Positions 43,296 through 53,311 of a DNA stretch of 64,000 nt are shown here, piece after piece. The notes under the pieces were generated by a model, which was given only the letters and a program-made list of their open reading frames with translations, did no database searches and was not told where the DNA came from. The DNA is from Alphaproteobacteria bacterium (GTDB lineage: Bacteria; Pseudomonadota; Alphaproteobacteria; MPNO01; UBA830). The stretch's first letter is position 1. Every line of letters begins with the position of its first letter. The DNA lies in contig OZ219790.1 of the NCBI GenBank assembly GCA_964291215.2, positions 1,536,001-1,600,000 of the forward strand, read 5' to 3'. The position numbers and the translations under genes were made by a program.

Positions 43296-45709
43296 CAGAC
43301 CTCTCCTCCATCCGTCCGGGCGTGAATCGCCGCCTCGATGTCGCAGGCCCGGATCGGAAGCTCGTTGATCTCGACGCCGAGCGGCGCCAGCGCGTCGTTG
43401 ATCGCCGAGGCGATCGCCGCCGGCGCGCCCAGATAACCGCCCTCGCCCGAGCCCTTCTGGCCGAGCGAGGTCATCGGCGACGGTGTGCAATGCTCGAGGT
43501 CAGTGACCGGCGGAATCTCGTGCGCCGACGGCAGCAGGTAGTCTACGAACGTCCCGGCAAGGAACTGGCCGTCACCGTCATAAGCGAACTTCTCGTAAAG
43601 TGCTGCGCCAATGCCGTGGGCGACGCCGCCGATGATCATGCCGCGCACGACATCCGGATTGATCGGCGTGCCGCAGTCATGCGCGATAACGTAGTCGAGC
43701 ACCGCCACCTTACCGGTGTCCGGGTCGATCTCGACCAGCGGGACATGGGCCTGGAAGGAAAAGCACGGATAGAGCGGCACCTCGTTGTTTTCGTCCGGCA
43801 TGCGGCCGCCGCCCGGAACCTGCTCGACGGCCATCGCCTGCAGCCCAAGCTCCTGGCCCTCGGGCATGCGGTGGAACTGTCGGTGGGCGATGTGCGCGAT
43901 CTCCTCGAAGGACAGGCGGCGCCCGGGCTCTCCGCGCACCTCGAACACGCCATCGGCATATTCGATGTGCTCGCACCCGACACCAAGGTCGTGGGCAGCG
44001 ATGGCAATCATCCGGTCCCTGATCTCGCGCGCCGCGCGCGACGTGGCGGTGCCAAGAACAATCGCCATGCGGCTCGCCACCGGGCTTCGCGTCGGAAGGC
44101 CTTCGAGCGAATCGCCGTGGACCACGCGGATAGTATCGGGATCGCGCTCGAGCTCCTCGCCGGCGATGGTGGCGACAAGAGTCTCGTGCGCCTGTCCCGA
44201 GGTCGTGGTCGACATGACGGCGGTGATGGTGCCGACGGGCTCGACCTTCAGAAGCACCGACTCGACGAATGTCGTGATCTTGAGCTTGGGATTGAACATG
44301 TACTCGAAGATGTTGTTGCCGCCACCAGGCTCGAGGCAGGTCGAGAGACCGACCCCGGCGAGACGCCCGGCGGCGCGCAGTTCGTCGCGGCGCGAGGCGA
44401 GCGCCTGTGCGCCAGCGGCTGCGAGCGCCTTGTCGAGCACCGCCTCGTAATCGCCCGAATCGTAGAGCGATCCGGTCGGCATCTTCCACGGAAATTCGTC
44501 GTTTCGCACGAGATTCCGGCGGCGGATCTCGGTCCTGTCGATACCGAGATGCCGCGCTACCCGTTCAATACCGGTCTCGATGGCGAAGTTAGTCGGCGAT
44601 TGCCCGAAACCGCGCACCGGCACCTGGCCGGTCTTGTTCGACGTCACCGATATCGCCTCGTATTCGATGGAGCTCATCCGGTACGGCCCGCAGAGTCCCG
44701 TGATCGGCTTGCCGAGCTGCAGAGGCGCGCGCCCGGGATAGGCCCCGACATCATCGAGGGCCCTGATCTTCATCGAGCTGATGACGCCGTCTTCGCCGCA
44801 GGCCATGGTCACGTCGAAGATCCGGTCGGGCCCGTGGGCATCGCCGCCCGACATGTTGTCCAGCCGATCCTCAAGAAAACGCACCGGCATCCCGAGCTTC
44901 CGCGCAAGGTACCCGACCAGCACCGTGTGCTTGATGCCCCGTTTGACGCCGTAGGATCCGCCGACATCGACATCGTTGTGAACACGCACGCTGTTGAGCG
45001 GCAGACGGAGCGCCGCCGAGATCTGTTCGGGATATTGCGGCATCTGGATCGAGGCCCAGACATCGAGGATCTCGCGGGCGTCGTCCCACTGGCAAACGAC
45101 GCCGAAGGTCTCGATGGGCACCGTCGAAGACCGCCCCCAGCGCGCGCGATAGCTGACCCGGTGCGCCGCCGCCGCAAAATCCCGCTCCACCGGCCCCCAG
45201 GAGAAGGTATCGCGAAACAGCACGTTGGAGCCGTGATCCGGATGCACGAGCGGCTGCCCCGGCTCGATCATGCGCTCCGATTCGACCGCCGCCGACAAGG
45301 GCTCGTAATCGACGCTCACCAGCTCCGCCGCGTCCTCCGCGATGTGGCGCGAATCGGCAACCACTGCAGCGACCCACTCGCCAGCATAACGCGTGAGCCC
45401 GACCGCGAGCGGGTACCAGAGGACATTCGGGAGATCGAGCCCGTGAAATAGGGAGTTGGTCGCAGCGCTGAGCTCCTCGCCCGTGACGACACGGTGAACG
45501 CCGGGAACAGCCAGCGCCGCCCGCGTGTCGATGTCGAGGATTCTGGCGCGCGGATGGGGACTCGCGAGCACCGCGACATGCTTCATGCCCGGCACATCGA
45601 CATCCGCAACGAACTTGCCGCGCCCCGAGATGAAGCGCCGGTCTTCGCGGACGCGCCGCTTGCGCGAAACATAGCGGTAGTTCGAGAGCGGGTGCGTCAC
45701 GTCAGCCAT
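43295..45709 (-). CDS. Xanthine dehydrogenase family molybdopterin-binding subunit
   Basis: REDRRFISGRG, VGGSYGVK, VRGFG, SGQAHET and KGSGEG motifs. Confidence 0.93.
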   Translation of the reverse strand: MADVTHPLSNYRYVSRKRRVREDRRFISGRGKFVADVDVPGMKHVAVLASPHPRARILDIDTRAALAVPGVHRVVTGEELSAATNSLFHGLDLPNVLWYPLAVGLTRYAGEWVAAVVADSRHIAEDAAELVSVDYEPLSAAVESERMIEPGQPLVHPDHGSNVLFRDTFSWGPVERDFAAAAHRVSYRARWGRSSTVPIETFGVVCQWDDAREILDVWASIQMPQYPEQISAALRLPLNSVRVHNDVDVGGSYGVKRGIKHTVLVGYLARKLGMPVRFLEDRLDNMSGGDAHGPDRIFDVTMACGEDGVISSMKIRALDDVGAYPGRAPLQLGKPITGLCGPYRMSSIEYEAISVTSNKTGQVPVRGFGQSPTNFAIETGIERVARHLGIDRTEIRRRNLVRNDEFPWKMPTGSLYDSGDYEAVLDKALAAAGAQALASRRDELRAAGRLAGVGLSTCLEPGGGNNIFEYMFNPKLKITTFVESVLLKVEPVGTITAVMSTTTSGQAHETLVATIAGEELERDPDTIRVVHGDSLEGLPTRSPVASRMAIVLGTATSRAAREIRDRMIAIAAHDLGVGCEHIEYADGVFEVRGEPGRRLSFEEIAHIAHRQFHRMPEGQELGLQAMAVEQVPGGGRMPDENNEVPLYPCFSFQAHVPLVEIDPDTGKVAVLDYVIAHDCGTPINPDVVRGMIIGGVAHGIGAALYEKFAYDGDGQFLAGTFVDYLLPSAHEIPPVTDLEHCTPSPMTSLGQKGSGEGGYLGAPAAIASAINDALAPLGVEINELPIRACDIEAAIHARTDGGEV

Positions 45710-46190
45710 CGTCCGTCCTTTCCCGCCGCCGCCGTGCGACCAGCTGCACCGCCTCGACGATCTGCTGGTAGCCCGTGCAGCGGCAAAGATTGCCGGCGAT
45801 CGCGTCGCGGACATCCCCGGCGCCCGGATCGGGGTTTTCGGCAAGCAGCGCATGGGCGGCGATCAGCATCCCCGGCGTGCAGTAGCCGCACTGCATCGCG
45901 TGACATTCCCAGAAGGCGTCCTGCAGATCGCCCAAGTCTCCGTTTTCGGTCCCGAGGCCTTCCACCGTCGTCACTTCGTGGCCCTCGGCCTGCACCGCGA
46001 AGATCAGGCACGAGCGCACCGGCTCGCCATCGAGGAGGACCGAACAGGCTCCGCATACGCCATGCTCGCAGCCTACATGCGTGCCGGTCAGGCGCAGGAT
46101 ATCGCGCAGGCAGTCGACCAGCGTTATGCGCGGCAGCACGTCAGCCACGTGTTCGCGCCCGTTGACGCAAAGCCTCACCAGCGAGGTCAT
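45702..46190 (-). CDS. (2Fe-2S)-binding subunit
   Basis: GCEHGVCGAC, QCGYCTPG and NLCRCTGY motifs. Confidence 0.95.
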   Translation of the reverse strand: MTSLVRLCVNGREHVADVLPRITLVDCLRDILRLTGTHVGCEHGVCGACSVLLDGEPVRSCLIFAVQAEGHEVTTVEGLGTENGDLGDLQDAFWECHAMQCGYCTPGMLIAAHALLAENPDPGAGDVRDAIAGNLCRCTGYQQIVEAVQLVARRRRERTDDG

Positions 46191-47050
46191 GACGCCGCCA
46201 TGGCAACGGCGCGGGCGGTCAGGCGCCTGACAACACGCGTCCGGTACGCTGCCGTGGCATGAACGTCGCTCTCGGGCGAGATAAAGTCGTCGAGCCGTTC
46301 AAGCGCGGCCCCGATCCGGCCTGCATCCGTCGGTCCGCCGACGAGCGCCGCCTCGACCTCGGGGAGACGCACCGGTGCCGCGGCGACGCCACCGACACCG
46401 ATCGCCGCACGCTCGACGGCGCCATCCGGCGCGAGCGCGATCTGGGCGGCAGCAGCAACGATCGCGAAATCCCCCTCACGGCTCGCCGTTTCCACGAAGC
46501 TGGCGCCGACGCGAGCGTGGTCCCATACCGGCAGGCGGATTTCCGTGAGTATCTGGTCTGGCTCAATGCCGGTCATCATTGCGGCCTCGAAGAACCCGTC
46601 GATCCCGATCTCGCGCACGCCGCCGAGATCACGGAGAACCAGGGAAGCGTCGAGAGTGATGGCAACGAGCGGGATCTCGGCAGCGGGATCGCCATGGACG
46701 ATGCTGCCGCCGACGGTGCCTCGATTGCGTGTCTGCTGGTGGCCGACATGACGGATCGCCTGCGCAAGAAGCGGCAACCGCGCAACCACCACATCGGAGC
46801 GTTCGACCGCACGCTGCCGCGTCATCGCTCCGACGGCCACATGGTCCCCGCAATCGCTGATGCCAGCAAGGCCGGCGATGTGGTTGATGTCGACCAGAGC
46901 GTCGGGCCGCGCCATGCGCATGGCCATCAGGGGCACGAGGGTCTGTCCGCCGGCGATGACCTTGTATTCTCGGTCTCCCGCCTCGGCGAGCAGGCGGCAC
47001 GCCTGATCGAGAGAGTCGGGACGCAAATATTCGAACGCTGCCGCCTTCAT
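46187..47050 (-). CDS. FAD-binding subunit, CoxM-like
   Basis: MKAAAFEY, AGGQTLVP and RNRGTVGGS motifs. Confidence 0.94.
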   Translation of the reverse strand: MKAAAFEYLRPDSLDQACRLLAEAGDREYKVIAGGQTLVPLMAMRMARPDALVDINHIAGLAGISDCGDHVAVGAMTRQRAVERSDVVVARLPLLAQAIRHVGHQQTRNRGTVGGSIVHGDPAAEIPLVAITLDASLVLRDLGGVREIGIDGFFEAAMMTGIEPDQILTEIRLPVWDHARVGASFVETASREGDFAIVAAAAQIALAPDGAVERAAIGVGGVAAAPVRLPEVEAALVGGPTDAGRIGAALERLDDFISPESDVHATAAYRTRVVRRLTARAVAMAAS

Positions 47051-47683
47051 GACCGACCTTCCGCCATCGGTGCACCCGGGCCGGAGCGGACATCATATGT
47101 CGGGAACTTCAACGGCGGGTCTCCGTGACTGGCGTTCCAACCGACGGTTCACAGGACCGCTGCGCCGGGTGGGACCACGCGGAAACCGCGTGCCGGGAAC
47201 GCTGCGATGGTAGCCACCGCCGGAATGCCGGTCAAGGCAGCCGTGGGCTTGCCCAGGACTTTCCCACGCTGTGGTTGATGTTTTGAATGATCGCTGAACG
47301 GGACACAAATTTCAGATGTCCTGACCTCGAGTCCGATTTTCCCAAACAGAGTGATGCTTCCGGGCCGGGTTTGCGTGCGTTGTCTGGCAGTTCGTAGATC
47401 ATGCGGAGGCCGGTTCCGGGGAAGACCGTGCGCATCCGGTTGAGTTCGTCGAGCAGTCCGGCGATGTCGGCGTCGCGCGCGTTGCTGGCGGTGCCAAGGA
47501 TGCGCACCCGCAGGACGCCGTTCTCCGGGTCGGGGATGATGTCGGCGTCCGACTGGAACAATTCGGCGAGAGGGCGTCGCGGACGCTACTTTGCGCCCTG
47601 CGCCGCGGCGACGGCGGACATCATCCGGGTCTCGGCGCGGTAGGCGATCATACGAACGATGTCGAGCAGAAGCCTCTCGCTGG

Positions 47684-47866
47684 CAGGACCATTCTGTTGT
47701 CGCGGTCGGCGGCGGACAAGCACGTCAGAGTGGCCGTTCTTGAAGTCGGTGGCACCTTCTCAAGGTCGGAACCGGCCTATCGACAACGAAATCCGCTCCC
47801 GAACAGACCTCCAGATCTGCCTACAACGTCCCTCGTCGGACGAAACATGACAAAAGAAGAGCCCTG
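47684..47866. mobile_element. 183-bp MITE
   Basis: Imperfect TIRs CAGGACCATTCTGTTGTC / GACAAAAGAAGAGCCCTG; 11-bp duplication CCTCTCGCTGG / CCTCACGCTGG; removal restores DVLPSSERLLLDIVRMIAYRAET. Confidence 0.8.
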
Positions 47867-49034
47867 CCTCACGCTGGAGGGCAGGACGTCGAGCCTCTCG
47901 TCCTCGTCAAGCTCGGCCACCGTGACATGCTTCGGGGTTTCTGAACGCCGGACCTTGAGCGCCTCGTGCTCGGCGTCGAGCGTCACGATCTCGTCCTTCA
48001 GCGTCCCGTGACGGCGGTGCCGGACGGGGCGCCCCCGAGCCTTTCAACATCCCACACTTGTACAGGCATCTCATTCCCGCCTTCTCTTGCCCAGTGCGTC
48101 GCGCACCTGGATCGCCCAGTGCAGCCGCTCGAGACCCTGCCAGACCTTCTTCGTTCCCGGGAGCGATTGCCGCGCGGCAAGATGCGATCCGACGAGGCGT
48201 CCGAGATCGATGACCACCGCCCTGATGTCGGGCGCCTTCCCGTCCGCCATCCTCACGACGTTGCGATGACCCTGCGCTTCCGGCAGCGTGTGGAGCAGGT
48301 CGACATCCTCCTCCGCAAACACCTCGCTCGCCGGGGTCAAGGGACGCTCCTGCGCGAGGACGGTCAGGACGTGGACGGCAAGGCACTTCTTCAGGTCGTC
48401 GGCCCGCCGACGGTCCTTGATCCGGGTCTTCAGCGTGCGGAACCATGTCTCGATGCTCCATCGCAGGACGGTCGCCGCGTGCACGGCCTCCGCTTGCGCC
48501 GGGCGCTCGGTGGTCAGCAGCGCCTCGTCGCCGTCTCGCTGGCCGCGAACATGGACATAGGCGTCGCCCCCGCAGTGCGGCGGCGCCACCTGTGCGGATC
48601 TCGAGACGGACAACGCGCTCCTTGCGGGCGCGCGGGCCGCCGGGATCGTCAGCTCCGTCACGGGCCGCGACATGCTCCCACAGGCACGCCTCGTTGCCGT
48701 CCGCACGCGCTGGCTCGCGCGCACCAGCAGCGCGGCCCCGGCGTCCGCAGCTCCCGGAAGTCGCCCTCGCAGACCACCCGCGTGTCCGGGCAGGCCGCCG
48801 CGAGCTCCCGTGCCCGCCCGGCGCCGGCTGTCCTCCCCGGGTTCCTGCCGGAAGGCCGCGTGCATCAGGCCCGGGGGCCGGCCCTCCGGCGTCACCGCCA
48901 GACCGGCGAGAATGCCGACACTCCCCTTGCCGATCCCGTCCGGACCCTTCGTCGACCCCGGGCCGCTGCAGTCGAGTGCCATCGTGTCCTGTATCGCAAG
49001 AGGCTCTGTCCGACAACGCTTGACGGTCGCCTCG

Positions 49035-49573
49035 CACGACGATCCCATGCTAATTCGAAGACGCGAAATCCGAATGCGTTGGGGCTCGGCTCATCACAGA
49101 TCGCCTCCTTGATCGCAATTTTCAGAGGTCCTGACCTCGTGAGTTGACTTGGTCAGCCCGTGATCCCTTCTTCCCAGTACAATGAATGATTTGACCGGTT
49201 TTGTACTTGACAACAGAGTCGCATCGTGGTCCAATATAATGTGATGCTTGTAATGGGATGACCCCGACCCTGAACACGTTCGCGATGTACCCGTCTGAAG
49301 CCCCGTCCCGATCGGAACCTCGTGCTTCTCCCTTGCCGATGTCGACGTACCGACCGTCTTGTTCTCGAACCTGAAGCCCTTCGACTGCCAGACAACGCAC
49401 GCAAACTCGGCCTGGAAGCATCACCCTGATTTGGAAACATCGAAGCCGAGGTCAGTACGTCTGATTTTCGTGCCAAGAAGGCCTCATCAAGCCTTGGCGG
49501 CACGATTGCAGCGCGACGCAAACTGAGAAAATCTCGCCAGTCGTCGCCGGATTAGCAGCGTGGGATCATCGTG
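49035..49573. mobile_element. MITE of the CACGAyGATCCC family
   Basis: TIRs CACGACGATCCCA / TGGGATCATCGTG; 9-bp duplication GTCGCCTCG (49026-34 / 49574-82); uninterrupted site at about 25518 in the other IS4 copy. Confidence 0.9.
49123..49463 (+). mobile_element. 341-bp MITE of the CAGA family
   Basis: TIRs CAGAGGTCCTGACCTCG / CGAGGTCAGTACGTCTG; 5-bp duplication ATTTT. Confidence 0.9.
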
Positions 49574-51180
49574 GTCGCCTCGACATGCGCCTCCGGAACG
49601 TGCTCCATGGAGATCCTCGGGTTCGACAGCAATCGGCAGGCGGCCTTCTGCTCCGCCTTCTCGGGGAAGATGACCGGCAGGTCCTCCCCCATGTTCTCCA
49701 TCCAGGCCCGGCCCATGTCAACGATGCGCCGCCGCATTCGCCCGTCGGCGTGCGCCCGTACTCCCGCTCCGCGTCAGTGCCGTCATGGGCGCCCGCCAAG
49801 GCGCCAAGTGGATATCGTCCTGTCCCGTGGAGCGCCAGCCGCTCTCCAGCGCCAGGACCCACAACCTCGCCACGGCCCCTGCGCGGCTCGTGGAAGCTCG
49901 CTTCGCCCCTGTCCCGAAGCTTCTTCACCGCCCGCTGCATGGTCGCGCGGCTCACGCCGCCTGCAGGTCTCTTTGAGGAACGCGGTGCCTGGCGAACCTG
50001 TCGATCCGCAGCAGCATCGCCGGCCGGTCGCCCTCGTCGTGGCAGGGCCCATGTTCGAGAAGTAGACGGTCTGTCCGTCGACATCCGCAAGGGAGAAGCA
50101 CGAGGTTCCGATGGCTTCAGGAGGGTGCATCGCGAGCGTGTTCATGGCCGGGAGTATCCAGTTACAGGGGTCATGTTATATCGGGCCATCACGCGGCTAT
50201 GTTGCCAAGCAAGAACCGGGAAAATCGTTCATTGTGTTGAAAAAAAGGGGGGCCGGACTGATCAAGTCAGCTCACGAGGTCAGGACGTCTGAACTTGGCT
50301 CACCGCCGGAATCCCGTGCTTTTCCTCTGCCGTCGAAAGGGCTTCCCCGGGGACGGCGCAGCTTGACCGCTACCCGAACCGCCACGCCCTGATTCGGTCG
50401 GACCAGCCCGGCGCAGTAGGTCGTGACTGTCCCGCCTTCGGTCTCCGAGGCAGTGGGGATGCCGGCCAGGCTGGCGCCTCGCTGGCCGCGGACTTACATG
50501 CCTTATGCAGCCCCGCGGACACCGCCAAAGGGATCTGTCGGCACTATTCGGAGGTTGGCACCAGGCTTCTCAAGTTCGTGTTCGCAACGGAACCGCCACA
50601 ACGCCAGAGGACCGTGAACGAATTCGGGAGCTTGACAGAAGAGGGCTTCCACTATACGGTTGCGAACCACGATCAAGCACTTGAGGTGGTGGCCGAGGAG
50701 CTGTTCCGCAACGTCGATCCCGAACCGGGCGGCAGGACGACGACAACAGTCGCGGAAACACGCATACCAGAGCAATTCCGGGAGGGGGGGGGTAAATCCA
50801 TAGCCACGGGCGGAGACGCTTCTGCGACAGTCAGAGGAGCGTTTGAACCGGTTCCCGAGGCGGCGCGGGCGCAGGCATTCGCAACTCTGTTGCGGATTTC
50901 AACGGCTGGCTTTAAAGCGATTTTTGCCGCCCAAGGAGTTGATGAGGTCTTCATCGACAAATCCACGCGCCAAGCGCCGTGGATGCCACGGGACGCCTTT
51001 CGTCTCGGACGCCGCGCGTGACGCCTCGCGCAACATCGTCCCCGACCCTGGAACCCCGGCGGGCCCGATGTCCGGCAAAAGGAACCCCCGGACACCGGCC
51101 ATGCGAGGACCAAACGGTCGCATCGGCCGCCCGGGACGCACAGACCAGAAACCGAACGATTCCCGGAGAAACAGCGCAAG

Positions 51181-52152
51181 ATGCATTACGATTTCGTCCC
51201 GCTGCCCGAAAGGCAGCCACTCAAATGGCCTGGCGGCGCCCGCGTCGCCCTGCTGATCACCTTCAACCTCGAATACTGGGACCTGGTCCGCGATTCCGAG
51301 GGTGCCTACTATGCCGGCGGCCCGGCGATCCTGCCCGACCCCCTGCCGGGCAATGTCGCCGACATCCCGAACTACACCTGGCGCGAATACGGCCAGCGCG
51401 TCGGCATATGGCGCCTGTTCGACATCATGGACCGGGCCGGGGTGCCGGCCAGCTGCACGATGAACGCCAAGATGGGCCTCGAGCGCCCGCAGGCGATCCG
51501 GTACTGCGTCGAACGCGGCTGGGAACTGGTGGCGCACAACTACGTGCAGAGCGACCTGCTGACCAACTACTATTTCGACGATAAGGGCGAGCGGGAACTG
51601 GTGCTCGAGACGCTCCGGATCTATGAGGAGGTCGTGGGCAGGAAAGCCTCCGGGTGGCTGTCATCGTCGCTACGCGGCAATCCATCCACCGTCGACCTTC
51701 TCGCCAGCCAGGGCCTCCTCTACACCACCGACTTTCTCAACGACGACCAGCCCTACCTGATCCACACCGACCACGGCCCCATCGTCTCAATCCCCTACTC
51801 CAACGAAGTCAACGACTTCATGATCTTCATGCGCCGAGGCAACACCACCACCGAGGCATTCGAGGTCTTCAAGGAGCAGTTCGACACGCTCTATGCGGAG
51901 GGCGCGGAAAGCGGGCGGCTGATGAATCTCGGCCTGCACCCACATGTCGTCGGACAGCCGTTTCGCGTGCGCTGCGTGCGCGAGTTTATCGATTACGCCA
52001 AACAGTTCCCGGACGTGTGGTGGACGACCCGCGAAGAGATCGCGAAATGGTATCTCGAGAATCACGAAAGCCACATCCCGACCCGACCCCGGCCCCAGGG
52101 ACGCACCGAGACGCCCGAGAATCAGAAACAGGGCCGCCGCGACAAGGCATGA
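51181..52152 (+). CDS. Polysaccharide deacetylase family (PuuE-like) hydrolase
   Basis: WPGGARVA..NLEYW, WREYGQRVGIWR, AHNY and GLHPH motifs. Confidence 0.9.
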   Translation: MHYDFVPLPERQPLKWPGGARVALLITFNLEYWDLVRDSEGAYYAGGPAILPDPLPGNVADIPNYTWREYGQRVGIWRLFDIMDRAGVPASCTMNAKMGLERPQAIRYCVERGWELVAHNYVQSDLLTNYYFDDKGERELVLETLRIYEEVVGRKASGWLSSSLRGNPSTVDLLASQGLLYTTDFLNDDQPYLIHTDHGPIVSIPYSNEVNDFMIFMRRGNTTTEAFEVFKEQFDTLYAEGAESGRLMNLGLHPHVVGQPFRVRCVREFIDYAKQFPDVWWTTREEIAKWYLENHESHIPTRPRPQGRTETPENQKQGRRDKA

Positions 52153-52210
52153 CGGCAGAAGCGAAGCAGGCGACGGCGTTTCCAGGCGTCAGCCGACGAC
52201 GCCCTGACCC

Positions 52211-53284
52211 GTGCCGCAGGTAAGCAGACACCTTCGGGAGCTTGCGCCACGGCTCCCGACGCTCGGACTTGCCGCGATCGGCGGCTGGCTGTTCTGGCTC
52301 GTCGACGCGCCGCTGCCCTGGTTCTTCGGCGCGCTGTTCGCGGTCGCAGGCGCCAATCTCCTCGGTTGGCGCGTCAGCGGTCTGCGTGGATCCCGCCAGC
52401 TCGGCCAGATCTTCGTCGGCACGACGATCGGGCTGTATTTCACGCCGGCCGTCGCCGGCATCGTGGCTGCCCACCTGCCGTGGATGGTTCTCGTCGGAAT
52501 CACTTCCATCGCCTTCGGCGGAATCGGCGCCATCTTCGTCGCGCACTTCGCGAGACTCGACCGTGCCACCGGGTTCTTCGGCAACATCCCCGGCGGCATG
52601 GCGGAAATGATGGAGTTCGGAGATCGCTTCGGCGCCCGCCCGGTGCCGCTTGCATTGTCGCAGCTTACCCGCGTCACCATCGTCATCCTGTCAATCCCGC
52701 CGGCGCTCACCCTCTTGGGCCAGAGCGGCGACGATGTCTTCGTGCCGCTTACCCAAACCGTCAACCTCGACTGGCTCTCGCTCCTGCTCGCTGCAGCCAT
52801 AGTGACGTCGCTGGCACTGAACCGCATCGGCATGCCGAACAGCTGGATGCTGGGGAGCGCAATGCTCGCGGGCTCGCTCACCGTGTTCAGCATCGAACTC
52901 TCGGCCATGCCGAGAGAGATTCTCGGCATCGCGCAGATCCTGATCGGCGTCGCCCTCGGCGAACGGTTCGACCGGTCCGCGATGCGGTCGGCGCCGCGGG
53001 TGATCATCGGATCAGCCGCGGTAACTGTCGTCATGATGGCGGCGTCAGTGCTCGTCGCACTCCTGATCGCCGATCGTACCGGCATTCCGGGCGCGGCGAT
53101 GATAGCCGCCGCCGCGCCGGGTGGCCTCGCGGAGATGAGTCTCACCGCCGCCGTTCTCAATCTCGGCGTACCGCTGGTAACCGCCTATCACATTGTCCGG
53201 ATTGTGCTCATTACCCTGTTCACGCTTCCAGCTTGGCATATTGCCGAACGGTATCTCCCGGCAAGGCAGGAACGTGCCGGATGA
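52211..53284 (+). CDS. AbrB family membrane protein (putative ammonia monooxygenase family)
   Basis: Duplicated PGGMAEM / PGGLAEM motifs; Q..R and HIVR; highly hydrophobic. Confidence 0.85.
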   Translation: MPQVSRHLRELAPRLPTLGLAAIGGWLFWLVDAPLPWFFGALFAVAGANLLGWRVSGLRGSRQLGQIFVGTTIGLYFTPAVAGIVAAHLPWMVLVGITSIAFGGIGAIFVAHFARLDRATGFFGNIPGGMAEMMEFGDRFGARPVPLALSQLTRVTIVILSIPPALTLLGQSGDDVFVPLTQTVNLDWLSLLLAAAIVTSLALNRIGMPNSWMLGSAMLAGSLTVFSIELSAMPREILGIAQILIGVALGERFDRSAMRSAPRVIIGSAAVTVVMMAASVLVALLIADRTGIPGAAMIAAAAPGGLAEMSLTAAVLNLGVPLVTAYHIVRIVLITLFTLPAWHIAERYLPARQERAG

Positions 53285-53311
53285 CAGCCGGCCGCCGCTC
53301 CGGCGTTCGCG

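Larger units (their letters stand above)
48039..49856 (-). mobile_element. Second, truncated copy of the IS4-family element
   Basis: Closely matches 24529-25780; lacks the DUF4338 half. Confidence 0.88.
47313..50291 (-). mobile_element. CAGAyGTCCTGACCTCG-family IS carrying nested insertions
   Basis: TIRs at 47313 and 50291; flanks AATTT / AACTT; transposase C-terminus (MIAYRAET, DADIIPDPE) at left and N-terminus at right. Confidence 0.85.

Noticed and set aside
50578-51021. 147-aa ORF
   Set aside because: No recognisable motif or clear RBS; may be a decayed gene fragment, so not called
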